Assembly: GCF_964204645.1 (NCBI RefSeq)
Contig: NC_134029.1
Location: 22,624,950-22,688,949, forward strand
Reading direction: 5' to 3'
Length of the DNA: 64,000 nucleotides
Origin: Tubulanus polymorphus
Taxonomy: Eukaryota > Animalia > Nemertea
In this document: positions 1-14,572 of the stretch, one piece after another
Numbering within the stretch: position 1 is the first letter of the stretch
Layout: the number at the start of each line of letters is the position of its first letter
The notes under the pieces: model-generated
Database searches by the model: none
What the model was told of the DNA's origin: nothing
What the model saw: the letters and a program-made list of their open reading frames with translations, nothing else
Made by a program: the position numbers and the translations under genes

Positions 1-3000
1 AAGACGATTCGAGTGTGGAGTTCTTCGCTGGGGAAATGTCTGTTCGTGTTGCGTCTGCCGACGAATACGAATAATCGTCGCGATCGAAACGACGAGAGCA
101 GAGCGAGAATTTGGCTGACATTAGAATGGTTGAAAAATAAACCTAAACAGTTTATTTCCAGTTCCTTCGGGTAAAGTTTCCGATGAATAATTCTATGACG
201 CTTTAAGTAACTGACCTTACTGCTTTCATATTGAAAGTTCTTTTTCTTTAGGGGAGAACTTCTTCTATGGGATTTGACAAAGCAGACCAAGCAGAAGTGG
301 CAGGTATTTGGAACGAACGGAAACAAGGGACACAATCGAATTGTGTTTAGTATTTGCCCATTGAGACCATCAGAAAGTGGCCTAGCCACAATATCAATGA
401 GCCGACAGGTACTTTTCTGTGTATTATTCATAAACGTTTTTGTAGTTTTTCAATATGCGAAGATTTTTTATGTTTTGCTAAGGTTCTGTTTTGGGACATC
501 GATACAATGACATGTCAATCTGCTCTACCAACGTTGGGAGGTTTTCTATACAGTATCTCCTATTCGCCTATCAATCCAGGTAACGTTCGTATAGAAAAAA
601 CCCTCGAATCATTTATTTCTAATCCTACATTTTAATAGATGTTTATTGTGACAGGTTTTTTGGCATTCGGCGTCGGAGACAATATGATCCGTGTATGGAA
701 TACTGGTAACCCTTCTAATCTGTACGATGTCACATCTCTGTGGCAGGGGATTAGATCTAATGTAACAACAGTTTGCTGGCATCCCGATAAAGAAGGTATT
801 CTGGCCTATGGCACTAAGGATGGACGTGTTGGCATCTATAACATTCTTTCAAACAAGTAAGAATTCATTTGATAATGATAATTAAATTCTAATTATTATG
901 TCCAGTGAGTGCCTCAAGGTTTATCAGGAATGCTTTTAGAAAATCAATTCTAGTCAATATAGGTCTTGCTTTGCTTGAAAATTGATCAGTTTATTAACCA
1001 TTTCACTATGTATATCAATTTTTGATCACCAGATCACCAGAGATCTCGGGTACTTATCACAGAGATACAGTTTATGTTGTAACCTGGGGGCCCTGCTGTT
1101 CGGATGAAGAAGGTAAGAATTTGTCTCTTACAGTACTTAAATATTTAATGTCAATTTACTGGTCACCGTTTTCCTGATTTTTTGTGAAGGTGAAGATTCA
1201 AGTGAAATGGATTTATACAGCGTCGGTGATGGAATAATTTTCCAGCATAGAAGATCTCAGTTTCAGAAAGAAGCTTCAAATATCAATGATCTGATGAAAA
1301 GAACTAATAGACTCTCTGTAAGTAGATTTCATAATAACTGTGCTAAAAAACATCTTTTTTCGAATTGTGTGTTTTAATTATTGTCTTGTATTTCGGTATC
1401 AGCATTGTCCTCAAAGGAGTGAATTTAGTTGGAAGCCTGATTGGTCAGTTGTAGCTATTGGCAATGAAGATGGGTCAGTTATTACTTGCTCACATTACTT
1501 GAATGCGCCTTAATTCTTACAGATAATATTATGATTGTATGGGTTCATTCCATTCTAGATCAGTGGAGATCTGTAGAGCACCAAACCTGCAAATATTGTG
1601 TACGATATGCGTTGCTCGAAAATTAATCAACTGTCTGCGTTGGCATCCAAAGTATTCAGGTTCTTCGCCAGATGGTTCATCACTCCATTCTTGGTTGGCT
1701 ATTGGTTCGAATGAGCCCGCAGTAAAAGTAGTCGATACAATCTCTGCATTAGGTAAGAAACGTCTTCATAGTTTTACTTACCAGCAGTTCTCTATAACAA
1801 ATTTCTTGCTCAGCTATCTTTGTAATTTCCTACAGATAGGGAGGCTTCTCAAACTGCCATAACATTGACTGACTGTGCACACGAGCTGGTCGGACACACC
1901 GCTCGAGTTACTAGTCTATCCTGGAGCAATCACGTTGATGGTATGTTAGTGTCAGCTTCTTACGACGGAACAGCTCAGGTGTGGAATGCTATGCTTTGCG
2001 AGCCAGTTGTAAACTACCGGGGTCACACTGAAAGGTTGCTCGCTGTGCAGTGGAGTCCTATATCTGACAATGTTTTATATAGTGGTGGTTGCGATTTATC
2101 ATTGCATAAATGGAATATTTGTGATCAGCAGTTCAAAACACCTCCGAAAGGTAGGCAGTCATTCTACGCAGATTTGTTTCTTTACCAAACATACGCACTG
2201 CATCAATTACTCGATGTATTATCTCCTAATTGTAGAAGGAAATACAACCTATGCTTGGAAGGAAAAGGATGCATCGAAGAAAAATAAAAAAGGAAAGAAT
2301 AAGAAGAAATCATCAGCCGAAAAACCTAAAGAGTTGTCAGCGAATCCCCCACCTGTGGACGCTGCTTCAAATAGTGAGATTAATGAATTGGAAGTGTTGT
2401 TAGAGAAGAAAAGGCAAGAGTTGCTAGCAAAGGCTGAATTGAAACAGATAAATAGAACCGAAGAAAGTGTAAATACTGTGGTGCCAGATACAAACAAACA
2501 TTCAGATGGTGAAGGTAACGTCAAAACAAGCTGTACAAAACAAGCCTTATTTTTGCAACATTGGTAACTCAGTGATCATTGATAGGATCGATATATTTCA
2601 GTTATACCTGATAGAGATGAGGTTATTGATGCTGTCTCAAAATCACCGCAAATTCCTGACAATATCCAAGCCATTTTACAGAAATCATTAACCGGGGCAG
2701 TCATTCATATTCCCAGACGAGGTGAAAACATTTACGGGTACTCTTTATTCGATCTCTTTCTATCGTTACCAATCAACATTTCATTGATGAATAAGGGATT
2801 GTTTATTCTAGAACTAAAAGATAAAAAGAAACGTAAAACGAGAGCGTTTCTGCCAGTTTGTAGTTCACTGGAGAATAGAGGAAAAGCATTTCACCTGCAG
2901 GACTGTCTCGATTTGACAGATATCCTGTATGGGTCTGACGGTCAGTGATTAGTGCACAATCTTGTGGATCGATGGAATTTATTTATTGTTCATTGATTGG

Positions 3001-6000
3001 AATTTTCTACTGTCTCTTAGATGAATGTAAGGTTGGTGGAGTTGGAGAGTTTACACACCTTGGAGTGTTCCTCGATTACAGAGCGATGTGTCGCACTCTG
3101 CATACAGAAGGTAAGTGGATAATAGTTTGAAGTGCCGGAACTGAACGTTTTGTGGCCATAATTTGACCTTTGTGACGGTTTATTTACAGCTTTGTACCAA
3201 CTACAGTATGGTTTGTTGGATTATGTATTTTTGATTGATATCTGGAAGGGTGATATCGGCGCTGTTCTGAAAAAAGCTGAAGAGAGCCAACAATTAAATG
3301 ATTGGCTCATTGCTCTTGCTTCATTTTGTAAGTTCAACATGTACCAGTACCATTAAATTTCTTCATGGCCTGCCAGCGATATCTTGTTTCATGTTTGTTT
3401 GTTCCTCTTGTATTTCTCCAGCTACCCATCCAAATTATATCAGTATTTGTCAGAAGTATGCTTATCAATTGGAATTTGATGGTCAGATTCACAAGGGTGT
3501 CGCATTTCTATTGGCTAGCGGCAAGATCTACGATGCGATCGAAGTTTTAAAAAGGAACTCAATGTTTCGGTGAGATAATTGACTGTTCTTTCACAAACGA
3601 TACTTTTCAACTGTCAAATGGTTTAATTTATCTTGTATCTTGTTGATCCATAGCGATGCACTGTTATTGGCTAAACTGCAGTTGTGTGAAGATGATCCAT
3701 TTATCGTGACTATCATTCAGACATGGATCGATTACTTGATAAAGGAATCCCACCTGGAACAAGCAGCTAAGTGGCAAGTTACTTTTTATAAAACGTATGT
3801 TATATAAACGACGAATCAATTAATGATTTCATTGTTTTGTAAACACTTGGTATTTGTAGCTATCTTTCGATAAATCATCCTGAAGATGCGGCTAAGCTGT
3901 TGATGAAACGAAATGATAAACAGGGTCTAAAAGTCGCGTTTCATATAGCGATGAATTCACATTTGACCCGCCTCGCTAAAGAACTGATGTACAACTTGAT
4001 ACAGAAGTGTTTGTTATCGTTTGACTGGCAGCTGAGCTGGGAAGTAGTTGACAAAGCAAAGCAACTGCAGGTATTTCATCGTAGGCATATTATTTGAGTA
4101 TATTATTCCGAACCATGCCCTTTCTAAACTTGCGTTTCATTTACAGATCGAAGAATTGAAACCTTTTCTTGTCATACATGAGTTGTTAGCTACAGAATTG
4201 GAATCGTTTGGAGCGATCAATCTTCCAGATGCAGTCTCTCGATCTAGTCAAGCTGAAATACCTCAAGAAACCTCATCGAGGCCGAAGTTTCTACTGGATC
4301 TGACGATCGCCGATGATCTTACTCCGTGGGAGTTATATACTGTAAATGGTCGCAGTTTTCTCCATAGCCTACTCGATCGTCTGTACGAACGCTGCGGAAT
4401 ATGTACAGAATCTAAAAATCTCAAGGCTTGTTATTCGGCTTTACAAACTGTTCCCTTGTCTCAATCGCCCCAATTGAAGATGCCTTTACCACAAGTAAGA
4501 GATAAGTACATGTAGTATCATCATTCAACGACTCATGAATTCATGGGAAATCTGATTCAAATTTCAAATTGATGAAATCGTCACTTCTATCTTTTTTCAG
4601 ACCTTGTTTTATGCCGGTTATCACCTCACCCTGTGCTTGGTTCAAACGTTGAGAGGTTCGTCGATATCTGCCGGTAAACACTTGTTATCCGTAATGAAAC
4701 TATTCTCTACACAGAGTCCTGTCTTACTTCAAGCATCCTGCAGCATTTTATTCCCATTGGGTGAGAAACATTTTCATAAACGTCTTATTGTCCTAGTCGC
4801 TTTGTCACTCAATTTTTGTAATGTTTACATATGGGTGTTGATCTCATTACAGGACCTGGTTACTGGACGAAGTTTCAGCGTGAAATAATGGCGCGAACTA
4901 TTGCCAGACGACTGTCACACGACTATGTGGATAGTGACCATGAACGAGATGCCGTTTCAGCTTCAATCCGTCACGCTTTGAACGCCTGGTATTACTATGC
5001 CGTTCTACATTGCATTCTACTTATCATAGAGAAACTGTCTCCGTTAGTCGAGACAAAACAACAGTCTAATTCTAAACTCGATATCGATGAAATATCCACC
5101 GGTGTAAAACTCGAATCTGAATCTGAGAACGAACCCGACGCTACTATTTCACATCAGAGTAACCGAGAAGCTAGTGAGGGTTCTGATGTTATACGCTTTC
5201 ACCGAAAACAACATATCAAATCTGATATAACCGTTCTATTCAAAGATAAATACACGTTGAATGACACTAAGCTCGTACAAATTTGCGCAAATTTGTTGTG
5301 CGATACTTACACCGCCGAGACGACTTTGACGAAGTGTCTCGAAATTATATCGTCTCGCATCAAACAGTTAAGAGACTCGTCTGTTTCGCAAAAGCCCGGC
5401 TGTTCTGATATCGGCGAACAACCAGTTATTGCCCAAAAATCTTTGCCTAATGAGAAAGATTCGGTATTCGAAACGTTAAAGCAGCCAACTGAAAATCTTT
5501 CGTCGAGTAGAAATGAAAGGTTCGATGAAGAACAAATGAATGGAAGCGGAGATAAATTGATGGCAACTTCATCGAGCAGTGATGAAAATGAATACGTCGT
5601 TATCGATGAACTGGCAAAAGCGCCGACGGTTCCGTGTGATGGATGCTTCGAATGTCAGCCACCCGAATTTTCGGCATCCACTGATGAATCAACGAAACAA
5701 GATTCGGCACAACAGCGATCGCACTCGGATTCCTGTTCACTGATGGATGAATTCGATATAATTCTCGCGAATAATACGGTGGCACTTCGTACCAGATATC
5801 CAGATGTCGGGAGCGCTTGGTGTTCGTTAACACTACTAACGCGTTACCACGATGAGAATGTGTCGCTGTCAATCTTGCTAAGTGAGGAGAAACGAATTAA
5901 AGAGGAATTGAATGAACTTCCATCAACGCTACGGGTAAATGCATTGTAACTGGAACTCAATTGTCCGCGCTCTTGATTTGATTTCAATCATTCATTATTT

Positions 6001-6154
6001 TCTTTTTCAGGAAACAGAGTACCCTTCGATGGAGGATATTTTGGACAAGCTTTTCTATGCTGAAGAACACTTGTGTGCAGTCGGAATCAAAACAGATCTT
6101 TTCAAACAAACTCTTTCAGCTTTTTCGAAAAGAAGTGCTGTTCATCCTCAATAA
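1..6154 (+). CDS. GEMIN5: Gem-associated protein 5 (WD40 repeats + TPR-like dimerisation region + C-terminal region); multi-exon, 5' end lies outside the window
   Basis: Exon translations match recalled Gemin5 motifs: KTIRVWS...RIWLTLEW...FISSSFG|[38 protein letters not shown]...[77 protein letters not shown]. Many short introns; stop at 6152-6154. Confidence 0.93.
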
Positions 6155-7497
6155 AGCTATACCAAAAAATAAAAAACTTAGAAAAATGCAGTTTGAATTT
6201 TCGTCGCTTTTTATGTAGAGGATATCGATAAGTCTGCATTTATTTCTCTATTTACAATAAATTGAGGTGACCCGATAAAAGATTATATCTATCAAAATAT
6301 GACCTGGCCCAATTGAAACAACTATCATATTCAAATACATGTAAAAATGAAAATTGCAATCATATCTGATTTTTGCCGGAGGCCTTCTCTTCGATTCAGG
6401 AGCGTATATAATAGCAAGTCGCAACAAAAGGTTTGCTTAAAATGAAAATTCCTTAGTTTCTTTTTTTAGTTACCGGTTTTCATAAAGGTTGACATCGGGG
6501 TTTTTTCGCTTAGACTCGACAGAATATTTCAGCTCCGTAGCCAGCCATGTCTCTGCAAAGTGGACTGCTTGTCACGAGCACAAAAAAGGCAGAAAAGTTT
6601 TGATGCATTGCGCAATGAAGAGCAATTTCACGACTTAAGTAATATTGGGTAAAAACGGAAGAAAACTTCGCTTCTTTTTCCTGCAATTTCACCTCGAATC
6701 ACGTAAGTTTGAATGAGAGTTAAAGTGTCACCAATGAATTAATCTTTTTCGAAATCGATGATCAAATTGCGTCATGGCGGGACCTTTGTCAATTCATTCA
6801 AAACCCAAAACGCCCTAAATACGGGCCTAAGGTTAAATCTTATAAAGTGGGCCTAACGTATTGATAAGTCCTGTTATCATGTATCACTATCTCAGGCTAC
6901 TGTAGACCTAGTTTCTCAGACTTTCAAAATCACTTGATTGATCTGATAAAGGCTGATGTTTTATTTTGGAAGTTTATCAGTATTGAAATGGAATACCTTC
7001 AAACCTTTTCGAAATTTGATCCGGCTACGTCTTTTTTATTATTGGTATACTTAATAGAAAATAAAAAAAGATCAAAACAAAATCACAATTCTAGTGTCGC
7101 TACCAAATCAATTATGTTTTATGATTTCTGGTACCTGGGCGAAAACTCTCGCCACCAGCCGGAATTGAGAAAATATATTTAGTTTATCTACTTAAAGATA
7201 TCTTGAAAGCAGTATTAGTCAATTTATTGTGTATAGACTGATGCAATCTCCTTTACCTAATCCACGCCCCTAGGATTAGCATTATTGTTTTATAACTCGG
7301 ATTTTGCGTCGTTAAAGATTAGCCTACATGGGTCAGTTAGCATTTATGTTCCAGGAGTCCGTTTCGAAGAACTAATCGCTTTAACAGTCGAAACTACGTT
7401 CCCTCGGCGTCACATAGTGTCGTCGTGTTAGTACTTTACCAACTTTAATCAAACGTGTTCCTGGTTCGTTTTTAGGATTGATCCTTCAGGTTTTAAC

Positions 7498-10363
7498 ATG
7501 GCTGTGAACGAAGAACATTCGAACCAGGAGGAAAATCTACTCGAAAAAGCAATAACTAAAGAAGCTCTGGTAAATATGGATGAAAGCGGATATAAAGACT
7601 GCGGTTTGGGACCTTTTCGACCGACTTGTTTGAAAAAAAGACGCAACGTTTTATCGTTTACGATCGTTGTATCTATTATGCTTATAATCCAAGGTGGAGC
7701 CGTAACGTACTTGAATGCTTCTTTAACAACGTTAGAAAAAGCTTTCAAAATAACGAGTGCCAAATCTGGATTCATCACTAGCGCTAACGACATCGGGTTT
7801 CTTTGTTTCGTTGTTCTTGCCAGTTATCTCGCTAGTCGTTCGCACAAACCTCTAGTTATCGGAATTTCGAACATAATCGTCGGATTTTCTGGGATATTTT
7901 GTGCCCTACCTTACTTCATATTTGGTGGTTCTATGGAAGATATATCAACAAACGATAGAGAGACATTTCCCATCTCATATAATTCATCTTCGCAAAATGT
8001 TTCGATATTTAACGTTAGTAACATTGATGCTGAATCTTGCGATATTAAGCAGAGTAACGAGGCTGATTTCAGAGGTACCGCTAGCTATGGTATGATGATA
8101 TTTGGCCAGGTTGTGGATGGTATTGCTTCATCCCCGAGATGGTCTCTCACCATGTCATTTATTGATGAAAATGTGAATTTGTATGCAGCGCCATTTTATT
8201 TGGGTAAGCTGGTCGAAAACAATTCATATATTTTTTGACAGATTTACCTTTTTAATGTATACATATATGATTCGCTTTGATAAATGACTTTCCCATTTGA
8301 TCTAGGCATCTTATTTAGCTTAAGAACATTGTCTCCAGTTGTTGGGTATGGATTTGGTGCTATTTTCACCCTTATACCAATTGATTTAAAAGGTAATTGT
8401 AACTGATATATTTACACGTACATTTTTCATTACAGTAAAGTTTCCACGTCCTAACATCCAAAAATCCACTATGCTAATTTCAGAACATGATATTTCTCCG
8501 TATCATCCACAATGGATTAGCGCATGGTGGCTCGGATTTTTGGTCATAGGAATAGCGGTCGTCACCTCTTCAATTCCGATACTCTTCTTTCCGAAACATC
8601 TTCCAGTGGAGGCTTCGAAACCGAAGAAAAAGAAAAGTAAACTGATGATGATATTGTGCTCGTCGGGAGAAGCTGAAACGCCTGCAATTAATGCTGAAAA
8701 TGATATTGATTCATCACCAGCTTTACTGACAACAAAATCAGAAACAGAGCATATCAACATTAAAGGTTACTTGTGAAACATCTATGACGTTTGTCAGGCT
8801 AAATGAAGGTTTTCGGTGTCCCGTTTTAGAATCATTTTTACATACTCCGTTTCGTATTTCAGGATTTCCCAAGGCTTTATGGCGCCTCTTCTCGAATCCA
8901 ATATTCATATTGAAATTGGTCATAGGATTTTTCAACGCATTGTATTACATGGGTTTTCATGCATTCCTACCAAAATATCTGGAACGTCAATTTGAGTTGA
9001 CAGCTTCTCAAGCAAGTTTGATAGTTGGTGAGTTGTCCCGAAAAACATTTTCTAACTCTTTCTCTCTCACTGGTGATATTGATCGAATTCATAATTCGCT
9101 ATTTCAGGTATCACTGCTGGAATTCCTACCGCTGTCGGAACTATTCTGAGCGGTTATTTCACAAAACGTATGAAACTGACGCTTATACAGATGGGAAAAG
9201 TTGAATTCTTTATCTTCCTCGTCGCATCAGTAATATTTACAGCGTCGATTGGTATATCTTGTCCAAAAAGTCCCGTGCATGGTGTCAACAGTGATGAGAG
9301 GTAGGATAAAGAGAGACAAGATCTCTGTTGTATTGCAATCTCTGGTTTGTACTCTTACTCTTGCGATATTTTACAGCATCAATATGTCAGAGCCATGTAA
9401 CATTGACCTCAACTGCCCAAAACTTACGTATAATCCTGTATGTAGCGTATCAACTGGCGAAACATTCTTTTCACCTTGTCAAGCTGGATGCCGGTCATCT
9501 CCAATAGATAAGGTATACATCATATCTGGACATTTTTTGTCGTCCTGAAGTTTTTTGAATAACTGTATTGTAAACTTCTGTTTCAGACGTACTATAACTG
9601 TACCTGTATTCCCGATGGAATTGTTACTCAAGGAGTTTGTAAATCTGACTGTAAAATGATCTACGCATTTTCTGCATTGCTTATGGTATCTACGTTCATC
9701 ATCGCGTTGGGTTTAATGCCTTCTATCATGATACTGATGAGGTAACAATACACATTTCTGAATTTAACTCTGCATCCAACAGTTCACAGTTTTCCGAATC
9801 TACGTTTTCGCATATCATTTACAGAGGCGTGGAACCAAGAGATAAAGCATTATGTATAGGAGTTTACACGTGTTTTGTCAGTTTGCTTGGTAAGTTCACT
9901 TCGTCCTTAAGTTTAGAAAAGATTTCTGAAAATTCAGTTCTCCGTCTTCAATCTTTTTGTCAAATTCATTTACCAGTAGATTGTTTTCTTTGATTTTTTT
10001 AGCGAGTCTTTTCCTTAACATTGGCCCCCAGATATTAATCTAATAATGCTATACATAATCTATACATTTTCAGGAATAATATCTCCGGTTATGTTCGGTA
10101 GCGTTATCGACAGTTTTTGTTTTCTGCACGATGCGTGTAACAAAGATGTCTGTCTTATTTATGACATGACTGATTTTCGTTTGAAGTATCTCGGCATGGC
10201 GCACTCGTTTCGGTTACCGCAGCTAGTGTTTATCGGAGTGTTGTGGTACGTTTTCGAAAAACGTTATAAAGGTATCGTGCAAGTCGGTTTGGATAAGGAA
10301 AAAGTCGCCGACAATAAAGACAACGAACCTGAAAAAGAACTACTGCCAATGTCAAATATGTAG
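7498..10363 (+). CDS. Organic anion transporting polypeptide (SLCO/OATP family), copy 1, multi-exon
   Basis: YLNASLTTLEKAFKITSAKSGFITSANDIG, SFIDENV, OATP signature D..PQWISAWWLGFL, FLPKYLERQF, Kazal-like C..YNPVCS..GETFFSPCQAGC, PVMFGSVIDSFC...CLIYD. Exons join in frame over GT-AG introns. Confidence 0.93.
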
Positions 10364-10901
10364 TTAAAATGTAATTGTCCTTACAGTCCTTAGTTAGAGA
10401 ACTTGTACAGATTGTCAATGCAGATCATAATATTTATATACATTATAAATGGAACTAAGTTATTTTCAAAGATAATGAAAGAATTCCCTTTCCATGAACC
10501 ATGCAAGAACGTGGTATCTTCAAGCTTACTTAAACACCGTGTACTAGTTTATGTGAGTAATGTTAATAAAGAAAATAATTTATCAGAAAATAGTGGCGTT
10601 TTATTCGTCTTTTATGTACACGATTTTCTTCACGAGAAGTATTGTAAGATTCTGTTTGCCTCTGGTCAGATCGATGCACAAGCCAGAATTGATAAATATT
10701 GCGCTCCACCTCAGCCAAATAGAAAAAAAACTAGGATCATTTTTGTCTAGGTCTTGTTTGTTGCATGGTATAGGTTTTCGATTTAATTGTTGTGGATTTA
10801 GAATTGATTGATATTCAATCAATCAATAAACTCTTTCTAAAAGTCAAATTACCTAAATGGCTCGTGGTCCCCAAGGTGAACAGAATCGTACTGTATTTTT
10901 G

Positions 10902-13876
10902 TTATATTATGGTTTCTTTTCTACGAACCACGACTGGATTGTCAATTCCTTCTGCGGAATCGTTTATCAACGAGTTTGATATTATAGCGATGTTGACGGA
11001 TTTAGTATCGCTATCCTCCTCATCACGTTTGTTCGCTTCGTCGTCTTCCCCGTATAACGGCTGATTTCTACTGATATACCAAGCCAAAAACATGAATATC
11101 GGCGAAAAGAATTCGATAGCGAAAGACAATATGTGAAGTGTAAATCTAAAACTGGAGTTATCGTAAAGGAGGCATCGAGTTTGATCTGATCCACACGTCT
11201 GCTCCGGTCGTTGAACCATACACGTGGCGTCGATTGAAGCGCCATAAAGCGCCGGAACTGGGATCACTACAAAATAAAGATATGACAATGAACCGTTTGT
11301 GAATAGTTTGTAGTTTAGTACGGTAGATTCCAGCTTTCTACTCGGTGTCAGATATGGAGCAGCCGAGTAAGATGAGAAATAAGGGTTGATAGAATTGCTA
11401 GGGGAACCGCTGTTTAGGAGGCCACTGCATCTCTTAATCCACTGAGAAAGAAAAAGTTGCTTAAACTTACGAACGATTGCTACCGCTAATGATATTATAC
11501 CCATCGCCAACGACTTGTCTCTTGGTTCGATGCAACTAAAAATAAACGAGATTACGGTAACTTCAAGTGAGATAAAACAGTCAAAGTCCCTCCCAGATAC
11601 ATTTAGATTGGACAAAGTGACAGCTCATTGTACCGTCGAATACAGATATTTCAAACTGATGTGGTTTTTACTTTTTTATTTCGTTCAGCAATCACTGCTG
11701 ATTACATACCGCAGAGAAAACATGATCCAAGGCATCGTACCAAAAGACGTAGTAAACACGAATAGAAACACGATGAATAGATACGGAGTCAACGTGTGAC
11801 AATTCGAAACACACACATCACCAGTAACGGTTCCATTTCCGGAAATACAGTTACAATCTGAAAAACCCTGCCAATCGAAAATAAAAGCACTTGCAATCAG
11901 AAGACAATATCGCATAATCAATTCATGAAACTGATTCCATTTTCCGTGAATATGAAGGTATTTATTACGTTTTCAGTTTTTAAAGAACATCCAGCGAAAC
12001 AGGGCGAATAATAAATCTGTCCATTTCCGCACACTGGCTCATATATATTTATTGTACAATCACAATTCTGGTTACACCTCGAATTGCTAAGAGCGCCAAC
12101 ATTCGGGATGAAATTACGACTGAAAGATATTTAATAAGGTAGAATCAGGCAATATTTTAATTCTGGAAATTATTTCTGTAAATCGTTTAGTCAGACATTT
12201 AATGAGAGTTACTCAGACACTTACCTGTTTGGTTGAATACCTGACATCTGTTCATTCGGGCATCCGAAAAAGAAAAGCAACACGGAAAACACGAGTCCAA
12301 TAGTCGAAATGATACAGCCCCAAAATGTTGTCCTCCTCAAACCCCACGGTATTCGAGAGGTTATAAAACCGCTGAGAGCAACTCCTATCGCAGCCGTCAA
12401 TGCCAATGCGATACCTGTTCATTTACGATACATATACAATGCATATGCATATATCACAAACTTCATATGGTTTATGATTCTGATCTAAGCACAGTGAAAT
12501 TGAAGATTCGTTTACCTGTAAGGAAATTAGCCACGTTGCTTGGCTGTTGAAACTGCACTTCTATATATTTTGGTAGGTAAGCAGAGAAGCCGTGTCCAGC
12601 CGCTCCTTCTAGTGTAATTGCTACAGTTATCAACATGAAAGCGGGATTCGTCAACAGTCGCCAAATCGCTTGAAGCAACCCTTCATAAAATAACATTAAC
12701 ATTGAAACTTCTTGATTTGTTGTTTTGCAGTAATTCGGACACTTTACTTTACTATACGAACCTGTGACAATTTCTTTCAGCGTTTTCCGAGTTTTATCCG
12801 GTGTAGATTCGTCCGCTGCTCGGGAACCAGGGTATTTTCTCGGGAACAGAAATAGTGGAATAGCGGACAGCATGGTCATGGTGCCGATAATGATAAACCC
12901 GAGCCACCAAGCGCCAAACCACTCAGCATCGCCAGGTTTATAATCGGTCGCTATAGAACAATCGAAGATACATTTCAAATATATCAACTGATCGATTGTG
13001 AAGAAGCCTTTGTGAAGAAATTGAAATAGAGAATTGTTGAAAACACTTACATGATAGATCAATGTATAACGAAGATGTCAGACTTCCAAAAAGAAATCCG
13101 GCAACAGGAGCCAACGTTCTCAAACTGAACATGATACCTGCAATAATCGCATATCAAATTACATTCACACGAATAAAGAAATGTTGATTAAGTAGACATT
13201 CTTGCCGTGTATACTTACTGACATAAAAGGACGAACTTTTACCGATAGCATTATCGTCAATGTAGGATATACCAAGAGTCCATAGAGTTGTTGGTCCAAC
13301 TCCTGCTATCGCGAATGCAGTTGCGAATAAAATGAATGCAGGCGTGTTGTGTGAACCACGTGCGAACAGTGAAGACATCTCCGGACATATTCCCGTCTTC
13401 CCGTCGTCACTGGAAACGTTTCTATCCGCGCATATGCTCTGATATGTGTAAACGGCTGTTCTGTTGTAGGCTACTTTATCCTCATCGGGACGAGATAATT
13501 CAAACGACATGAAATTCGGCAAAGCCATCAGAGCACCGCAGGCTCCGACGACCAACGCGCCGATCCCGAGTAATCTCGGCCGATGCGCCGTGTGCCCGAA
13601 ATACCCGACAAAAACAACGGCCACTATATGACCGATTTCGTAGCAGCTTATCATCCAGCCAGTTTCCTGACTGGAAAACCCGAATATCTGTTCCAATGTG
13701 GTGAGTTGCGATACGAAATATGTCAACAGCATCCCGTAGGATAAACCGAATGCTCCCAGACATAACGTGAATGCAGGTAACGTGGACAGAGGCTGCAAAC
13801 AGTTTATCATACATCGATGATCTAACGGAATTTCATTCACCTCTTCTTCGTTAGTTTCTTCGGAATTCGCAACCAT
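10902..13876 (-). CDS. Organic anion transporting polypeptide (SLCO/OATP family), copy 2, multi-exon, convergent with copy 1
   Basis: YFVSQLTTLEQIFGFSSQETGWMISCYEIG, HRPRLLGIG, LGISYIDDN, DAEWFGAWWLGF, YLPKYIEVQF, YEPVCGNGQIYYSPCFAGC, PVPALYGASIDATC...CLLYDN. Likely ATG at 13876 (MVANSEE). Confidence 0.93.
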
Positions 13877-14425
13877 TCTGTCTCTAGCATTCGGTAGCAA
13901 ATTAACCAGTAAACTACTTAACAACAATTATATATCTTTACGTATATTCTTCTAGAGTGCTTTTATGTTAAACATGGTGTCCCTTAAGGACTGATATGAA
14001 TGATATCAGATCGAATGATCAAATTTACCTCTGGTCACTGTTCAAGTTGACAGGGCCTCGATTGATTTAACGACCTGAATTGAGGTTTTGATGAGGGAAA
14101 GTACGGCGTTGATTAAATTTCAAATCCTTTCGGGCGGACCTAAGCTATTCGAAGAAAACTATTTTCTTTAACTTATCGATGAAAATAAACAATTTATGAT
14201 AAAGCTCAAATTGCGCCACCCCGTCCAACGAAATCGACGGTCACATTAGATTGGAGATCGTGGTTTAAAAGTTCTAATGTTTTCTGTATATGTATTTACC
14301 GTACGCAGTTTATTATTGAAGATTATGGAGGACAATTTTCTACTTCGTATTATCTGTCATCATTTTTAACGCATTAGAAGAAAAAGGAACACAGGGAGGT
14401 GAGGTTTTCGCAACTCTTCTAACCA

Positions 14426-14440
14426 CGCCATCTAGTGGCG
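14426..14440 (-). promoter_or_regulatory. CTCF-like binding motif between the divergent SLCO-2 and GRXCR starts
   Basis: Reverse complement reads CGCCACTAGATGGCG, a near-perfect match to the CCACYAGRKGGC core. Confidence 0.55.
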
Positions 14441-14572
14441 AGGGAAATTCTCGAATGACGTCAATGGGCGAGACCCTTTTGACAGCTGGGACAATTAATT
14501 TCTATAAATTAGCGAAATTTTTGTCCTGTTGGAAACATTTGAACGATATCTTGGCATGGCTTACTTCGTAAA

